From the sequence record SRR2962707_1896: DNA of 37,510 nt; one strand, given 5' to 3'. Below are positions 16,466-26,163 of this stretch, piece by piece. A program made the position numbers and the translations under genes. Position 1 is the first letter of the stretch. Each line of letters opens with the position of its first letter. The notes under the pieces were generated by a model. The model worked only from the letters and a program-made list of their open reading frames with translations, ran no database searches and was not told where the DNA came from.

Positions 16466-17790
16466 AGCTGGAAAAAGAATCTATTAAAATCCTTCAAAAA
16501 GCCTTGGAAAAACTAGAATCCGGCTTCAATCTACCGGATTTACCTCATCATTATGATACTGAACAAATGGAAACAGTCATGATGCAGGTAGCTGAAAAAA
16601 TGCAAAACAACTACCCCTATTTTCATCCGCTTTTTGCAGGTCAGATGTTAAAGCCACCTCATCCGATTGCCAAGGCAGCCTACATGCTTGCTATGTGGGT
16701 CAACCCAAATAATCATGCCATGGATGGTAGCAAGGCTAGTTCTCCGATGGAAAAAGAGGCTGTTACTGACTTGGCAAAAATGTTTGGGTGGAACACGCAT
16801 CTTGGTCATCTGACTGGAGGAGGTACCATGGCAAATTTGGAGGCCCTGTGGATTGCGGGCAAAATTCATCCGGACAAAAAAATCCTAGCTTCAGATCAGG
16901 CACACTACACCCACCAACGGATTTCAGAGGTGCTCCAGCTAAAATTCGATAAAGTGAATACCACTTCCAATGGCATTATGGATGTTGCCCATTTGGAAGA
17001 AAAATTAAAGGAAGGAAATATCGGAACGGTAGTTTGCACCATGGGCACCACTGGTTTAGGATCAGTAGATCCACTTCACAAAGTGATCGAGCTACAAAAA
17101 AAGTATGAGTTCAGAATACATGCTGATGCTGCGTACGGAGGCTATTTCACTCTTTTGGATAACCTGAAGGAAGAAACTCAATTGAAATATTCGCTTCTTG
17201 AAAAGGTAGACAGCATTGTGATTGATCCGCATAAGCAAGGTCTTCAACCCTATGGATGTGGTTGCATATTATTTAAGGATGTCAATGTTGCCAAGCATTA
17301 CTTACATGACTCACCATACACCTACTTCACATCGGATGATTTGCATCTAGGCGAAATAAGCCTGGAATGTTCAAGAGCAGGAGCTTCAGCAGTAGGTCTT
17401 TGGGCTACCCACCAACTTATGCCTCCCATCAAAGGTGGAGCGTTCGCCGAGGATCTCGCAAAATCCAGACGAGCTGCACTTGATCTGCACCAAAAGCTTT
17501 TCGAAAGTGAAGAATTCTACACTTTCCTGGAACCTGAAACCGACATTGTAGTCTGGGCGATGAAAGGTGAAAGTACTAGCAGTATGAGTGAGAAAGCACA
17601 ACATCTGTTCATTAAAGCAGAAGAAAACCAACTTTATTTATCACTCTATAAGTATCCGACATCCAAATTGAGCGATTCTGATCTTAAGATAGATTGTGAG
17701 TATTTGATGTGTTTGAGATCATCCTTAATGAAACCGGAGCATGAATCATGGATGGACGAGATTTGGAATAGATTGAAAGAATCCATTTAA
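16462..17790 (+). CDS. Group II PLP-dependent decarboxylase (substrate unknown)
   Basis: GGT.ANL, AHY, GTT..G.VDP, HADAAYGG and PLP-lysine DPHK; ATGA overlap with the nitroreductase stop. Confidence 0.9.
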   Translation: MKLEKESIKILQKALEKLESGFNLPDLPHHYDTEQMETVMMQVAEKMQNNYPYFHPLFAGQMLKPPHPIAKAAYMLAMWVNPNNHAMDGSKASSPMEKEAVTDLAKMFGWNTHLGHLTGGGTMANLEALWIAGKIHPDKKILASDQAHYTHQRISEVLQLKFDKVNTTSNGIMDVAHLEEKLKEGNIGTVVCTMGTTGLGSVDPLHKVIELQKKYEFRIHADAAYGGYFTLLDNLKEETQLKYSLLEKVDSIVIDPHKQGLQPYGCGCILFKDVNVAKHYLHDSPYTYFTSDDLHLGEISLECSRAGASAVGLWATHQLMPPIKGGAFAEDLAKSRRAALDLHQKLFESEEFYTFLEPETDIVVWAMKGESTSSMSEKAQHLFIKAEENQLYLSLYKYPTSKLSDSDLKIDCEYLMCLRSSLMKPEHESWMDEIWNRLKESI

Positions 17791-17871
17791 GATTTGTTGA
17801 GATTCGTCTACACTTTTTGCTCATTGGTACAAATTATCACCGAATGTTACTGTAATGCGTATACTAACATG

Positions 17872-17879
17872 TAGGTTTG
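17872..17879 (+). promoter_or_regulatory. -7 promoter element upstream of the 106-aa ORF
   Basis: TAGGTTTG matches TAnnTTTG, 28 nt before ATG 17908. Confidence 0.5.
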
Positions 17880-17907
17880 ATTAGAATTTGGACATTCCAA
17901 TTCGAAT

Positions 17908-18228
17908 ATGTTTAAAAGAAGTATACATATCATTCTGGCCCTTTTCCTAGTTTTTACAACTACAGGATCCATTTGGGGTCAACTTCTTGAGGACAAAAAA
18001 GATCCCATTGAATTAAATTCTTCCGGTGAAACAGATGGAGAAAAAAGTGAAAAGGAATCAAAAAACGGTTTCGATGATTGGGATGATGACTACACCAGTG
18101 AATCTTTTGAAATAATCCCAGAGCTATTTTGTGGATTTCAAAAGGTTGGTTCTACTTCCTATGCCCCATCAGGCATTTATTACTCTAAGCTATATCTGGT
18201 CTACCACCAGTTTAAGCTCGACTGCTAG
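17908..18228 (+). CDS. Small exported hypothetical protein with acidic linker and hydrophobic/aromatic C-terminal motif
   Basis: Signal-like N-terminus, E/D-rich middle, ends YYSKLYLVYHQFKLDC. Confidence 0.7.
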   Translation: MFKRSIHIILALFLVFTTTGSIWGQLLEDKKDPIELNSSGETDGEKSEKESKNGFDDWDDDYTSESFEIIPELFCGFQKVGSTSYAPSGIYYSKLYLVYHQFKLDC

Positions 18229-18336
18229 AGCTACAAGCATCTACACATTTTAAGCAGGTGATGCGAAATCGCAATCATCTGACTTTCAATCATTCTTATG
18301 AATTGATTGAAGTATCATCAATTAAATCTTAATACA

Positions 18337-18975
18337 ATGAAAAATTACATCTACATCCTAGGAGGAGTAATTGCTATCTTCCTAATCTTATTATTGTTCG
18401 GAAATCAACAATACACCGAGCAGCACCCAACCTTGAATGAATCTGCTAAAATGCCCGATTCATTTCTAAAAAATGTGGCGCAATATGCATCTGAAGACAG
18501 ATTGCAACAAAGCGCATTTAATCTTGAAAAAGCGATCGAATCCATTTGGAAACTGGAGCAAGATGTTGACGAAGAAAGCTTCCAGCGACTTGAACAGTCA
18601 ATCAATGATTTGGAAAACATTCACCACGCCATGCTTGAAGACTCTATGGAATATGTGAAAATGTCCAAAACATTTGAATACGCACTTGATAACCTCGCTC
18701 GTGCAGAGCTGGAAATTGCTGAGATGTATGCAGAAACCAACCATCTGCACAATGCCAACATCGCCCTTAAATACGCGATGATTCACATAAAAAATGCGCT
18801 GTTATTCCACGATGAATTCTGGGATTCCGACTCCCTTCAATATGCAATCGAACAAAATGTATTGGAAGAAATGGAGGATCTGTCAAAGGATGAATCCATT
18901 ACCCCGGTTGAATACGTGATTACACTTGATAAAATGATCAAAGAAATTGATCAAATATTTAAAGCAAAGAGTTAG
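18337..18975 (+). CDS. Membrane-anchored acidic all-helical hypothetical protein
   Basis: N-terminal TM from ATG 18337, heptad-like acidic helices. Confidence 0.75.
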   Translation: MKNYIYILGGVIAIFLILLLFGNQQYTEQHPTLNESAKMPDSFLKNVAQYASEDRLQQSAFNLEKAIESIWKLEQDVDEESFQRLEQSINDLENIHHAMLEDSMEYVKMSKTFEYALDNLARAELEIAEMYAETNHLHNANIALKYAMIHIKNALLFHDEFWDSDSLQYAIEQNVLEEMEDLSKDESITPVEYVITLDKMIKEIDQIFKAKS

Positions 18976-19000
18976 TAGTTGAGTTAGTTGGTTAGTAAGT

Positions 19001-19038
19001 AGAGGGGGCAAGTCAAAAGTGACTGCCCCTTCTTTTTT
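19001..19038. terminator. Intrinsic terminator between convergent genes
   Basis: GGGGCA-(A)-GTCA-AAAG-TGAC-TGCCCC followed by TTCTTTTTT. Confidence 0.75.
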
Positions 19039-19582
19039 ATTGCTTCTTGATAGGAAGCTCCCATTTGGTATTACTCCATTTGAACTCCAGCGTCACTCCC
19101 TCATCAGTAGGTAAGGTGTTGATCGTAAATTGCTCCGTATGCTCAGATGGATTCATTCTTACGATGGTTGTTGCCAGATCTTTGGAATAATCCGGCTCGC
19201 TGTATCCCCAGAATCTCAAATCCGAACTTAGTCTGATTTCCATCTCTCCTTTTCGAGGAATCGCATAAATCACATATTGTCCGGCTGCTATTTCTGTCTC
19301 TCCGAAAACAAAATCCTGGTCAACCTCAATATCTGTAGGCTCATTGGCCCCTAACCTCCAATAATAACCGTAGGGCTGTAAGGCGCCCTCTTCTTTTTCA
19401 CCAAAAATCAACCTTTCCCGGACAGAAGGTCTGGAGTAATTAACAGTTACCGATAATCCATTCCCTTGCCCGGAACTCTGACCCGGAGGGCTCAGCGTAC
19501 GATTTCTATTGTCCAAATAGAGTATGGCTGCAATGATCATAACCACTAGCACACCAAGACCGATGAGTAATTTCTTTTTCAT
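19037..19582 (-). CDS. DUF2911 domain protein
   Basis: SP......V.YSRPS...R.IFG...PYG..WRLGANE.T motif; N-terminal TM. Confidence 0.9.
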   Translation of the reverse strand: MKKKLLIGLGVLVVMIIAAILYLDNRNRTLSPPGQSSGQGNGLSVTVNYSRPSVRERLIFGEKEEGALQPYGYYWRLGANEPTDIEVDQDFVFGETEIAAGQYVIYAIPRKGEMEIRLSSDLRFWGYSEPDYSKDLATTIVRMNPSEHTEQFTINTLPTDEGVTLEFKWSNTKWELPIKKQ

Positions 19583-19593
19583 AAAGTGAGATT

Positions 19594-20133
19594 TTAAATT
19601 TCTAATTCTTCTTTGTTTCGACGAAGCACCTCGATGATAAAATTAATGTGATCGGTCATATCTACTCCGAGCATTTCTACTCCTTGAGCGATCTCGTCAC
19701 GTTCAACCTTAGCCGCAAAACTTTTTTGTTTTAGCTTCTTTTTCACCGACTTAGCTTCCAGTGTCGTTATTCCATCCGGTCTCACTTGACAACACGCCAC
19801 CACAAAACCAGTCAGCTCATCACAAGCAAGTAAAGCCTTGTCTAACAAGGTATCATAGGAAACACCCCATTTAGTGTAGTGTGCTGAAATCGCATGCGCA
19901 ATTTTTTCTTCACCTTTCTCTCTCAGTAGCTTAACGATACGATTGGGATGTTCTTCAGGGTATTTATCATAATCAGCATCATGGAGCATACCTGTCACAG
20001 CCCATTCTTCGGGATCTTCGCCAAATTTTTCAGCATAAGCTTCCATGACCAATTCGACTGTGCGTGCGTGACGTAACAGGCTCGAATTTTCGGTCATGGA
20101 TACTAGAATTTCTTTTGCTTCAGTTCGGTTCAT
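19594..20133 (-). CDS. HD-domain (HDIG-type) phosphohydrolase
   Basis: LLRH...VE..M, GMLHDADY, HP, AI.AH and DELTG motifs. Confidence 0.9.
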   Translation of the reverse strand: MNRTEAKEILVSMTENSSLLRHARTVELVMEAYAEKFGEDPEEWAVTGMLHDADYDKYPEEHPNRIVKLLREKGEEKIAHAISAHYTKWGVSYDTLLDKALLACDELTGFVVACCQVRPDGITTLEAKSVKKKLKQKSFAAKVERDEIAQGVEMLGVDMTDHINFIIEVLRRNKEELEI

Positions 20134-20163
20134 GCTACCAAATTAGCAAGAACCAAATGAAAC

Positions 20164-22803
20164 TTATTCGTCTCTAAGCATTTCAGCCGGGTTTGTTTTA
20201 GCAGCCTTAATGGTTTGCCAACTGATGGTTAGGAAACCGATCAGGAATATCAGCAAGACACCTGGAATCAATTCAACAACACCAATAGAAATCCGCTCGG
20301 TGAAATCAACCAACACAAAGGATGTGAAAAAGAAATAGGTAGCGGGAATGGCGATCAAAGCTGAGATCAGCAGCATGAACATAAAACTTCTGGATAAGAT
20401 CAATATGAGGTTTTGCTCAGTTGCTCCCAGCACTTTACGAATGCTTATCTCCTTTATTCTTGTCTCTGTAGTGAATACGGCCATCCCCAGTAAACCCATA
20501 GTAGAGATAGAAATGGCTAACACTGCCAAAAAGGTGAAAATCCTGAACAACACCTGATAACCGGCATAGGATTCCTGGATCTGCTCATCCATAAATTCAG
20601 CCCTGAATGGAGCTACTTTTTCAACTTTATTCCATATGCTCTCCATTTTGCCCATCATTCCAATTACATCTGAAGTATTCACGACCAGATTGATGTGTTG
20701 GAAGTTGTCATGGACGCCCTGGATTAAAGCAGAGGGTTCCGGATCACTTTCAAGATTCGTGTATCGGTAATTTTCAATGACGCCAGATATTTGAACTGGC
20801 GTGTTTTCTAATCTCCCCTGAATATGGATCACTTCGCCAACTGCCTTATTGGGATCAGAAAAGCCAAGTCGATCACTCAATGTCTTGTCGATTATGATGA
20901 ACTGAGCATGCTCATCTTCTTCTTTCAAATCATAAGGAAATGTTCCTCCTGCCAGAAATTGCATTTGATGTACGGATGCGTAATTCTTGTCAACATGATT
21001 AACATAGATTGAGACAGAATCCATTGGATCTTTGTATTTCACCTCTTCGCCCCAAATTTCACCAGTACTTGGAATCATTCCTGACAATGACATTGCACTT
21101 ACTTCGGGCAATTGTTCCAATTCGGCCATTAAAATCTCGTGATCATTGCCCCTTAAACTGAAATTAAGGACATTCTCGGCAGTAAATCCAAGATCATAAT
21201 TGATAGAGAAATTATACTGTCTGTACGTAATTGTGGCACCTATGATGAGGGCCATCGAAATTGCAAACTGAAACACAATCAGCACTCTGCGGAGACTCAC
21301 GCCCTTAAATAGTTTCAGTTTCGTTACGTCTGTGAGTATAGAAATGGCTTTCAGTTTGGATAAGACAAGTGAAGGCAGGATGCCTGATACAAATCCAATC
21401 ACAACTGCGAATAGCAGGAAGTACAAAATATTCATCCATCGAAATTCCATCTCCACATTCTCGTTATCAATAACAGAACTGACGAATTCCGGCTTGATCA
21501 GCGTATACAGCCCACCAGCAAGAATCAACGAGAAAATAGCAATTAGTATAGCTTCAAAAACAAACTGGCTTAGCACCTGAGTTCTGGATGCTCCAACCAC
21601 TTTTCTGATTCCAACTTCTTTGGCACGTCTCAGAGATCTGGCAATGGAAAGATTGGTATAATTGAAACAAGCAGACAAGATAATAATCAGCGTCAAACCA
21701 AGTAACTGATAAATACTCGTCCAGGTGATGTTGGGTCCAATTTGATTAGATAATTCGCGTCCTGGTGAAATATCACTCAGGTTTTCCAATGAGTGCGTAA
21801 TGGTAAATCGATCCGTTTTCGCATTCTCAACAATAGCGATTTCCATCAAGTTGTCATTGACCTCCGCAGGTGTCGTACCTTCCTCCAACAGAAGATATAC
21901 ATGATTCACCCAGATACTTCTCCAATTGAAAACAGTTGTATTCTCATCATTTCTATGCTGATTGATGAATGTTGACATAGAAGCCAACGCTTCAAATTGA
22001 AGGTGAGAATTAGTCGGTATATCCTCCATTACCCCTGTAATGGTATAGGTATCTTCACCTGAAGTAACGATTTGACCTACAGGATTTTCGTCTTTAAACA
22101 GCTTTCTGGCAGATTTTTCAGTGAGAACTATCGAGTATGGTTCAACAAGTGCCGTCGAAGGATTTCCGGATGAAAGTTTGAATGAAAAAACATCAAAAAA
22201 TTCTGGAGTGGAATAATGACCTCTCACATTAATGATGTTTTCATCTTTGGCAATATCTGCACTGAAATTCCTTCTTAAGGTTAGTACCTTTTCAATGCCA
22301 GCATATTCTTCTCTTAATTTATCTCCTATGAATATTGAAGTAGAAGCTAAATCGAAAGAGTCACCTCCAGTAATATTGGAATAAGTTGATATAATACGAT
22401 AAATACGGTCCTTCTTTGAATGAAAATCATCAAAAGTGAGTGATTCACCTATGTAGGTAATCATTATCAGTCCGACTGACATGGAAATAGCCAGTCCCAC
22501 TATGTTAATGCCCGAAAAAAGCTTGTTTCTTGCAATACTTCTAACCGATGTTTTGAAGTAGTTGCCCATCAAATTAAAAAATGTCATTTGTCCTAATATT
22601 TTGGGTTTTCGAATGGTGTAAAGCCTGCAAAACTTTAGTACATCCAATAGATAAATAAGATTTGCTTTGAAGCGACCTCTAGGTAGATTTCTGGAATAGT
22701 ACTCCAATAAATCTCCTTGCAAATCCTCCAGAAGGTCTTTTTTGCAATAAAACTGGATGATCAAATTCATCCATCTTGGAGGCGTATTTTTGTGGGCACT
22801 CAT
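20164..22803 (-). CDS. Duplicated MacB/FtsX-type ABC permease with N-terminal permease-prefix domain
   Basis: N-terminal PP.W...LLEDLQGDL.E prefix; two FtsX halves (ACFNYTNLS...RAKEVGIRKVVGA and RIKEISIRKVLGA); terminal NPAEMLRDE. Confidence 0.92.
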   Translation of the reverse strand: MSAHKNTPPRWMNLIIQFYCKKDLLEDLQGDLLEYYSRNLPRGRFKANLIYLLDVLKFCRLYTIRKPKILGQMTFFNLMGNYFKTSVRSIARNKLFSGINIVGLAISMSVGLIMITYIGESLTFDDFHSKKDRIYRIISTYSNITGGDSFDLASTSIFIGDKLREEYAGIEKVLTLRRNFSADIAKDENIINVRGHYSTPEFFDVFSFKLSSGNPSTALVEPYSIVLTEKSARKLFKDENPVGQIVTSGEDTYTITGVMEDIPTNSHLQFEALASMSTFINQHRNDENTTVFNWRSIWVNHVYLLLEEGTTPAEVNDNLMEIAIVENAKTDRFTITHSLENLSDISPGRELSNQIGPNITWTSIYQLLGLTLIIILSACFNYTNLSIARSLRRAKEVGIRKVVGASRTQVLSQFVFEAILIAIFSLILAGGLYTLIKPEFVSSVIDNENVEMEFRWMNILYFLLFAVVIGFVSGILPSLVLSKLKAISILTDVTKLKLFKGVSLRRVLIVFQFAISMALIIGATITYRQYNFSINYDLGFTAENVLNFSLRGNDHEILMAELEQLPEVSAMSLSGMIPSTGEIWGEEVKYKDPMDSVSIYVNHVDKNYASVHQMQFLAGGTFPYDLKEEDEHAQFIIIDKTLSDRLGFSDPNKAVGEVIHIQGRLENTPVQISGVIENYRYTNLESDPEPSALIQGVHDNFQHINLVVNTSDVIGMMGKMESIWNKVEKVAPFRAEFMDEQIQESYAGYQVLFRIFTFLAVLAISISTMGLLGMAVFTTETRIKEISIRKVLGATEQNLILILSRSFMFMLLISALIAIPATYFFFTSFVLVDFTERISIGVVELIPGVLLIFLIGFLTISWQTIKAAKTNPAEMLRDE

Positions 22804-23135
22804 TTGATCCCTTCAAATACCAATTCAGGAATATTGCCCCAAAGCCTATCTCGCTGCTCTTTGGCTTTCATGAGTGCTATTTTTCCGGCATGAGATACTT
22901 GAAAGAATCGCTTTCTTCTGCCGCCTCGCTCCTTAGTTGGCTCCCCCAATTCAGATGTTATTAGCCCCTTGTCTTCCAAACGGTTGAGTACTGAATGCAC
23001 TACACCAAGCTTTGTTTTCCTTCCCGTTACATTGGCTATTTCATCAACGATATTCACACTGTAGGCCTCTTCCATCAGTGCGGCAATCGTCAGCAAAACG
23101 ATCTCTTCAAATTCTCCCAGGTTAGTCCCCTTCAT
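22800..23135 (-). CDS. PadR family transcriptional regulator
   Basis: LGEFEE.VLL, VL.RLE.KGL and ERGGRRKRFF; 4-nt overlap with the permease gene. Confidence 0.93.
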   Translation of the reverse strand: MKGTNLGEFEEIVLLTIAALMEEAYSVNIVDEIANVTGRKTKLGVVHSVLNRLEDKGLITSELGEPTKERGGRRKRFFQVSHAGKIALMKAKEQRDRLWGNIPELVFEGIK

Positions 23136-23158
23136 TGCCTTAAAGTTTATTTATTCAC

Positions 23159-23166
23159 CAAATGTA
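23159..23166 (-). promoter_or_regulatory. -7 promoter element for padR-permease
   Basis: Minus strand TACATTTG, 23 nt before the padR ATG. Confidence 0.6.
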
Positions 23167-23378
23167 TAAAAAATGATTACGTAGTGAAGAAAGAAAAAGT
23201 TTTATTTATTCATATTTTGTATTAAAAATTAAAAAACCTACGGTTTGATGTGCCAATTTCAAACTCAACGTCAGTTTACTCTGGGTAGATTTATCATGAA
23301 TGCTTCTCGATGGTCGAAATATTATTTTAACGGCAAGGGGTACATACTTCACAAAATGTTTTTCAAAAAAAGCTAAGT

Positions 23379-24122
23379 ATGAAAAATAACCTTTTAATCA
23401 CCATTTCTCTATCACTTCTTATTTCTTGTACTTCTCCTTCAAATAGTCTCGAAATAAACAAGGTGTGGCTTGGCAAGCCTGTAAATTTTGAGCGAATAAG
23501 TTCACTAAACCATACCTACCATATGTTCGATTCGACAGAAACAAAGGTCGGTTCGATGGTATTTGGATCATTTTTTAAAGATGGATTACTCGTCTCCAGA
23601 GATACCTCTCAGTTTGATAATGGAAGCGTCTATGAGACTGCCGAATTTAGATTTGACACCTCAGGTTTTAATATGAATTCAGTAGCAATCAATATGGACT
23701 TTGGACCAGCAAATCTACTTGTCGACCTTACTGATAAGAATAGTAACGTAACCGGAATATATAAGGTAACAAGAGACACAGTGGTCAATCAATATGACAT
23801 TGATTCACTTTACTCACATGATGTATTCCGAGGTGAGTTGTATATGTTGTTGCATACCCTTGATTTTCAACCTGGCGATAGTCTTAATTTTAATGCGTTG
23901 GTACCTTCGAGTATGAGTCTTTCTAATGCTACAATCAGTTATGTTGGCGAAGAGAGCATCACGGTTCCTGCAGGCACCTTTGATTGTAATGTGATTTGGT
24001 TAAAGACCGATGGGAAAATGCCGAACAACAAGATTTGGATTTCCAAAAATGAACCTGTCAGAATAGTGAATTTCTATGTCCCAGGACCTGAACTAAATAT
24101 CCGTTTGGTGGAAACTAAATAA
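23379..24122 (+). CDS. Hypothetical lipoprotein, DUF3108-like beta-rich fold
   Basis: Lipobox LLISC; GEESITVPAGTFDC..I...IWIS motif. Confidence 0.75.
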   Translation: MKNNLLITISLSLLISCTSPSNSLEINKVWLGKPVNFERISSLNHTYHMFDSTETKVGSMVFGSFFKDGLLVSRDTSQFDNGSVYETAEFRFDTSGFNMNSVAINMDFGPANLLVDLTDKNSNVTGIYKVTRDTVVNQYDIDSLYSHDVFRGELYMLLHTLDFQPGDSLNFNALVPSSMSLSNATISYVGEESITVPAGTFDCNVIWLKTDGKMPNNKIWISKNEPVRIVNFYVPGPELNIRLVETK

Positions 24123-24884
24123 CTATTGATCAAGCCATTGCTTAAATGCGGTGGCTTTTTCAGCACTTACCAGAATTTGCTCCTCCTGAAAATTTTGAAC
24201 TTCCACCAGTAGCTTCCCTTTGAAGTGCTTGTGAACCGTTTCAATGTATTCTGCATTCACGATAAACTGTCGGTTTGCTCTGAAGAACAGGCATGGATCA
24301 ATCTCGTTTCCTAATTCGTCGAGTGTGAAATCAGTTAGAAATGTGCGCTTATTTTTCGTAGAAATGTGAACTACGCCATTCTTACTCTGGAAACAAACAA
24401 TATCTTCTGACCGAATGGATAGCATTTTATCGCCCTGCTTAACAAGAAATCGACTTTTATATTTCGGCCCAGATAAATTGATTTTGTTAAGAAGTGCGGA
24501 CATATCAAGCCCGTTTGATACAAAGGATTTATGATACTTTTCATATTTATCCAGTGCATGTTGCAATTCATCTTTCTTGATTGGTTTTAACAGATAATCA
24601 ATGCTATTCACCTTAAACGCTTTCAGCAAATACTCATCAAAAGCTGTGGTGAATATGACCGGGCAACTCACATCTACTTCATCAAAAATCTGAAAGCTTA
24701 TCCCGTCACTTATCTGGATATCCACCAAAATCAAATCCGGCATTTGATGATTGTTGAACCACTTTATTGAATCCTCAACACTGTCCAGAACTTCAACAAT
24801 TTCAATAGAGGGCTGTATCTCGGTCAGGGTTTTTTCCAGTTTCCTGTAGGCAGGAGCCTCATCCTCAATAATTAACACCTTCAT
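24123..24884 (-). CDS. LytTR family response regulator
   Basis: Receiver domain IIEDE...DIQ.SDG...FTTAFD...DYLLKP and LytTR domain FFRANRQFIVN. Confidence 0.95.
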   Translation of the reverse strand: MKVLIIEDEAPAYRKLEKTLTEIQPSIEIVEVLDSVEDSIKWFNNHQMPDLILVDIQISDGISFQIFDEVDVSCPVIFTTAFDEYLLKAFKVNSIDYLLKPIKKDELQHALDKYEKYHKSFVSNGLDMSALLNKINLSGPKYKSRFLVKQGDKMLSIRSEDIVCFQSKNGVVHISTKNKRTFLTDFTLDELGNEIDPCLFFRANRQFIVNAEYIETVHKHFKGKLLVEVQNFQEEQILVSAEKATAFKQWLDQ

Positions 24885-25918
24885 GCGAGATTTAAATCTT
24901 TTTCCTCCAAAACATCGATTAGCGGGACAGCAACCATAAAATTAACTGCGCTGGTAATCACATCTATCTTCTTTCCACCCAATAAATCATATCTCTTCAT
25001 GATGTTTTCTAATCCCGTTTTTGTGGACTTTTCAGCGGTATTTTTCAATTGAAGATTATTCTTCACCACCAACGATTTGCCATTCTCTACATAAATATCA
25101 ATGTGAAGAGGTTTTGATTTGGAAACGACATTATGCTTAATCGCGTTTTCCACCAACATTTGAAGAGTCATTGGTGGTACAGTTAATTTTTCATATTTCT
25201 TCTCAATATGAAATTCCGCCACCAGATTGTTAGGATAGCGGATACTAAGTAGAAAAATGTATGACTTAACAAATGCGAGTTCATCTGATAGTGTGACCAA
25301 CTCTCGATCCTTATTGGAAAGAATATACCTGTAAACTTCAGATAGTTTTTCTGTAAAACTCACGGCAGCAACAGAATCTTCAGGGATGATAGAAGCTAAG
25401 GTGTTCAGACTATTAAATAAGAAATGAGGACTCATTTGATTCTGCAAAACCTCATACTGTGTTTTGATTTGCTGATTCTTTAACTGCTCATTTACTCTGA
25501 ATTGCTCTTTCCATTTGTCAAAAAAATAGAAAGCTTCATATCCTAATGAAACAACCGTGGCAGCTACAAAATTGAATGGCATCCAATCAGCGTGTGAGGA
25601 AATAGTCAGTACGTCTGAAGGCTCACATAATCCAAAAAATATCTTTAAGGGTGTGCCACCAACAGACATCCAAAAAATAATTCCTAAAGCAGTAAAAAAA
25701 AGACGTCTCCCGGTTTTGCTTATTTCAGGAAATTTCTTTCTAAAATAGAAGATGACAAGACAAGCCCCATTCCAATAAACTACGGTAAAGCAAAGGGCTA
25801 CCAGATATATATACCAAAATGGCTCTTCAGCCATATGACCATCTCTGTCATTTATGGCTGCTACGATTGCCAATATCGGTATCCCGATCCATCTTATGTA
25901 GATTTCCTTCCACCTCAT
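24881..25918 (-). CDS. LytS/YehU-type sensor histidine kinase
   Basis: About 4 TM segments, H-box NQMSPHFLFNSLN, N-box LQMLVENAIKHN and TGLENI. Confidence 0.93.
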   Translation of the reverse strand: MRWKEIYIRWIGIPILAIVAAINDRDGHMAEEPFWYIYLVALCFTVVYWNGACLVIFYFRKKFPEISKTGRRLFFTALGIIFWMSVGGTPLKIFFGLCEPSDVLTISSHADWMPFNFVAATVVSLGYEAFYFFDKWKEQFRVNEQLKNQQIKTQYEVLQNQMSPHFLFNSLNTLASIIPEDSVAAVSFTEKLSEVYRYILSNKDRELVTLSDELAFVKSYIFLLSIRYPNNLVAEFHIEKKYEKLTVPPMTLQMLVENAIKHNVVSKSKPLHIDIYVENGKSLVVKNNLQLKNTAEKSTKTGLENIMKRYDLLGGKKIDVITSAVNFMVAVPLIDVLEEKDLNLA

Positions 25919-25967
25919 GAGGTTAAATTTAAGATATCTGCAGGGAGATTATCCATCAAACAATCTT

Positions 25968-26002
25968 TGAAACGGGTAAATCCACGAATGAAACCGGTAA
26001 AT
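25968..26002. promoter_or_regulatory. 21-bp-period direct repeat, candidate LytTR binding site
   Basis: TGAAACGGGTAAAT (25968-25981) and TGAAACCGGTAAAT (25989-26002), 13/14 identical. Confidence 0.6.
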
Positions 26003-26163
26003 ATCCTCTTAAAGCGGCGATAACAATTCAAACTGTTGACTTGTGGCTTCAACCAGGAAATTCGTCAGTTCACCCATGAAAAAAGGTGTTTTACGCAGTT
26101 TATCGTTTTCAGCTATGACCCATGATAATAGGTTAGCCTCCAGAAACTCAAATCACTCACACG

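Noticed and set aside
17844-17870. ATGTTA-N15-TAACAT inverted repeat
   Set aside because: Short AT-rich arms with a long spacer, no second copy and no cognate regulator; could be chance.
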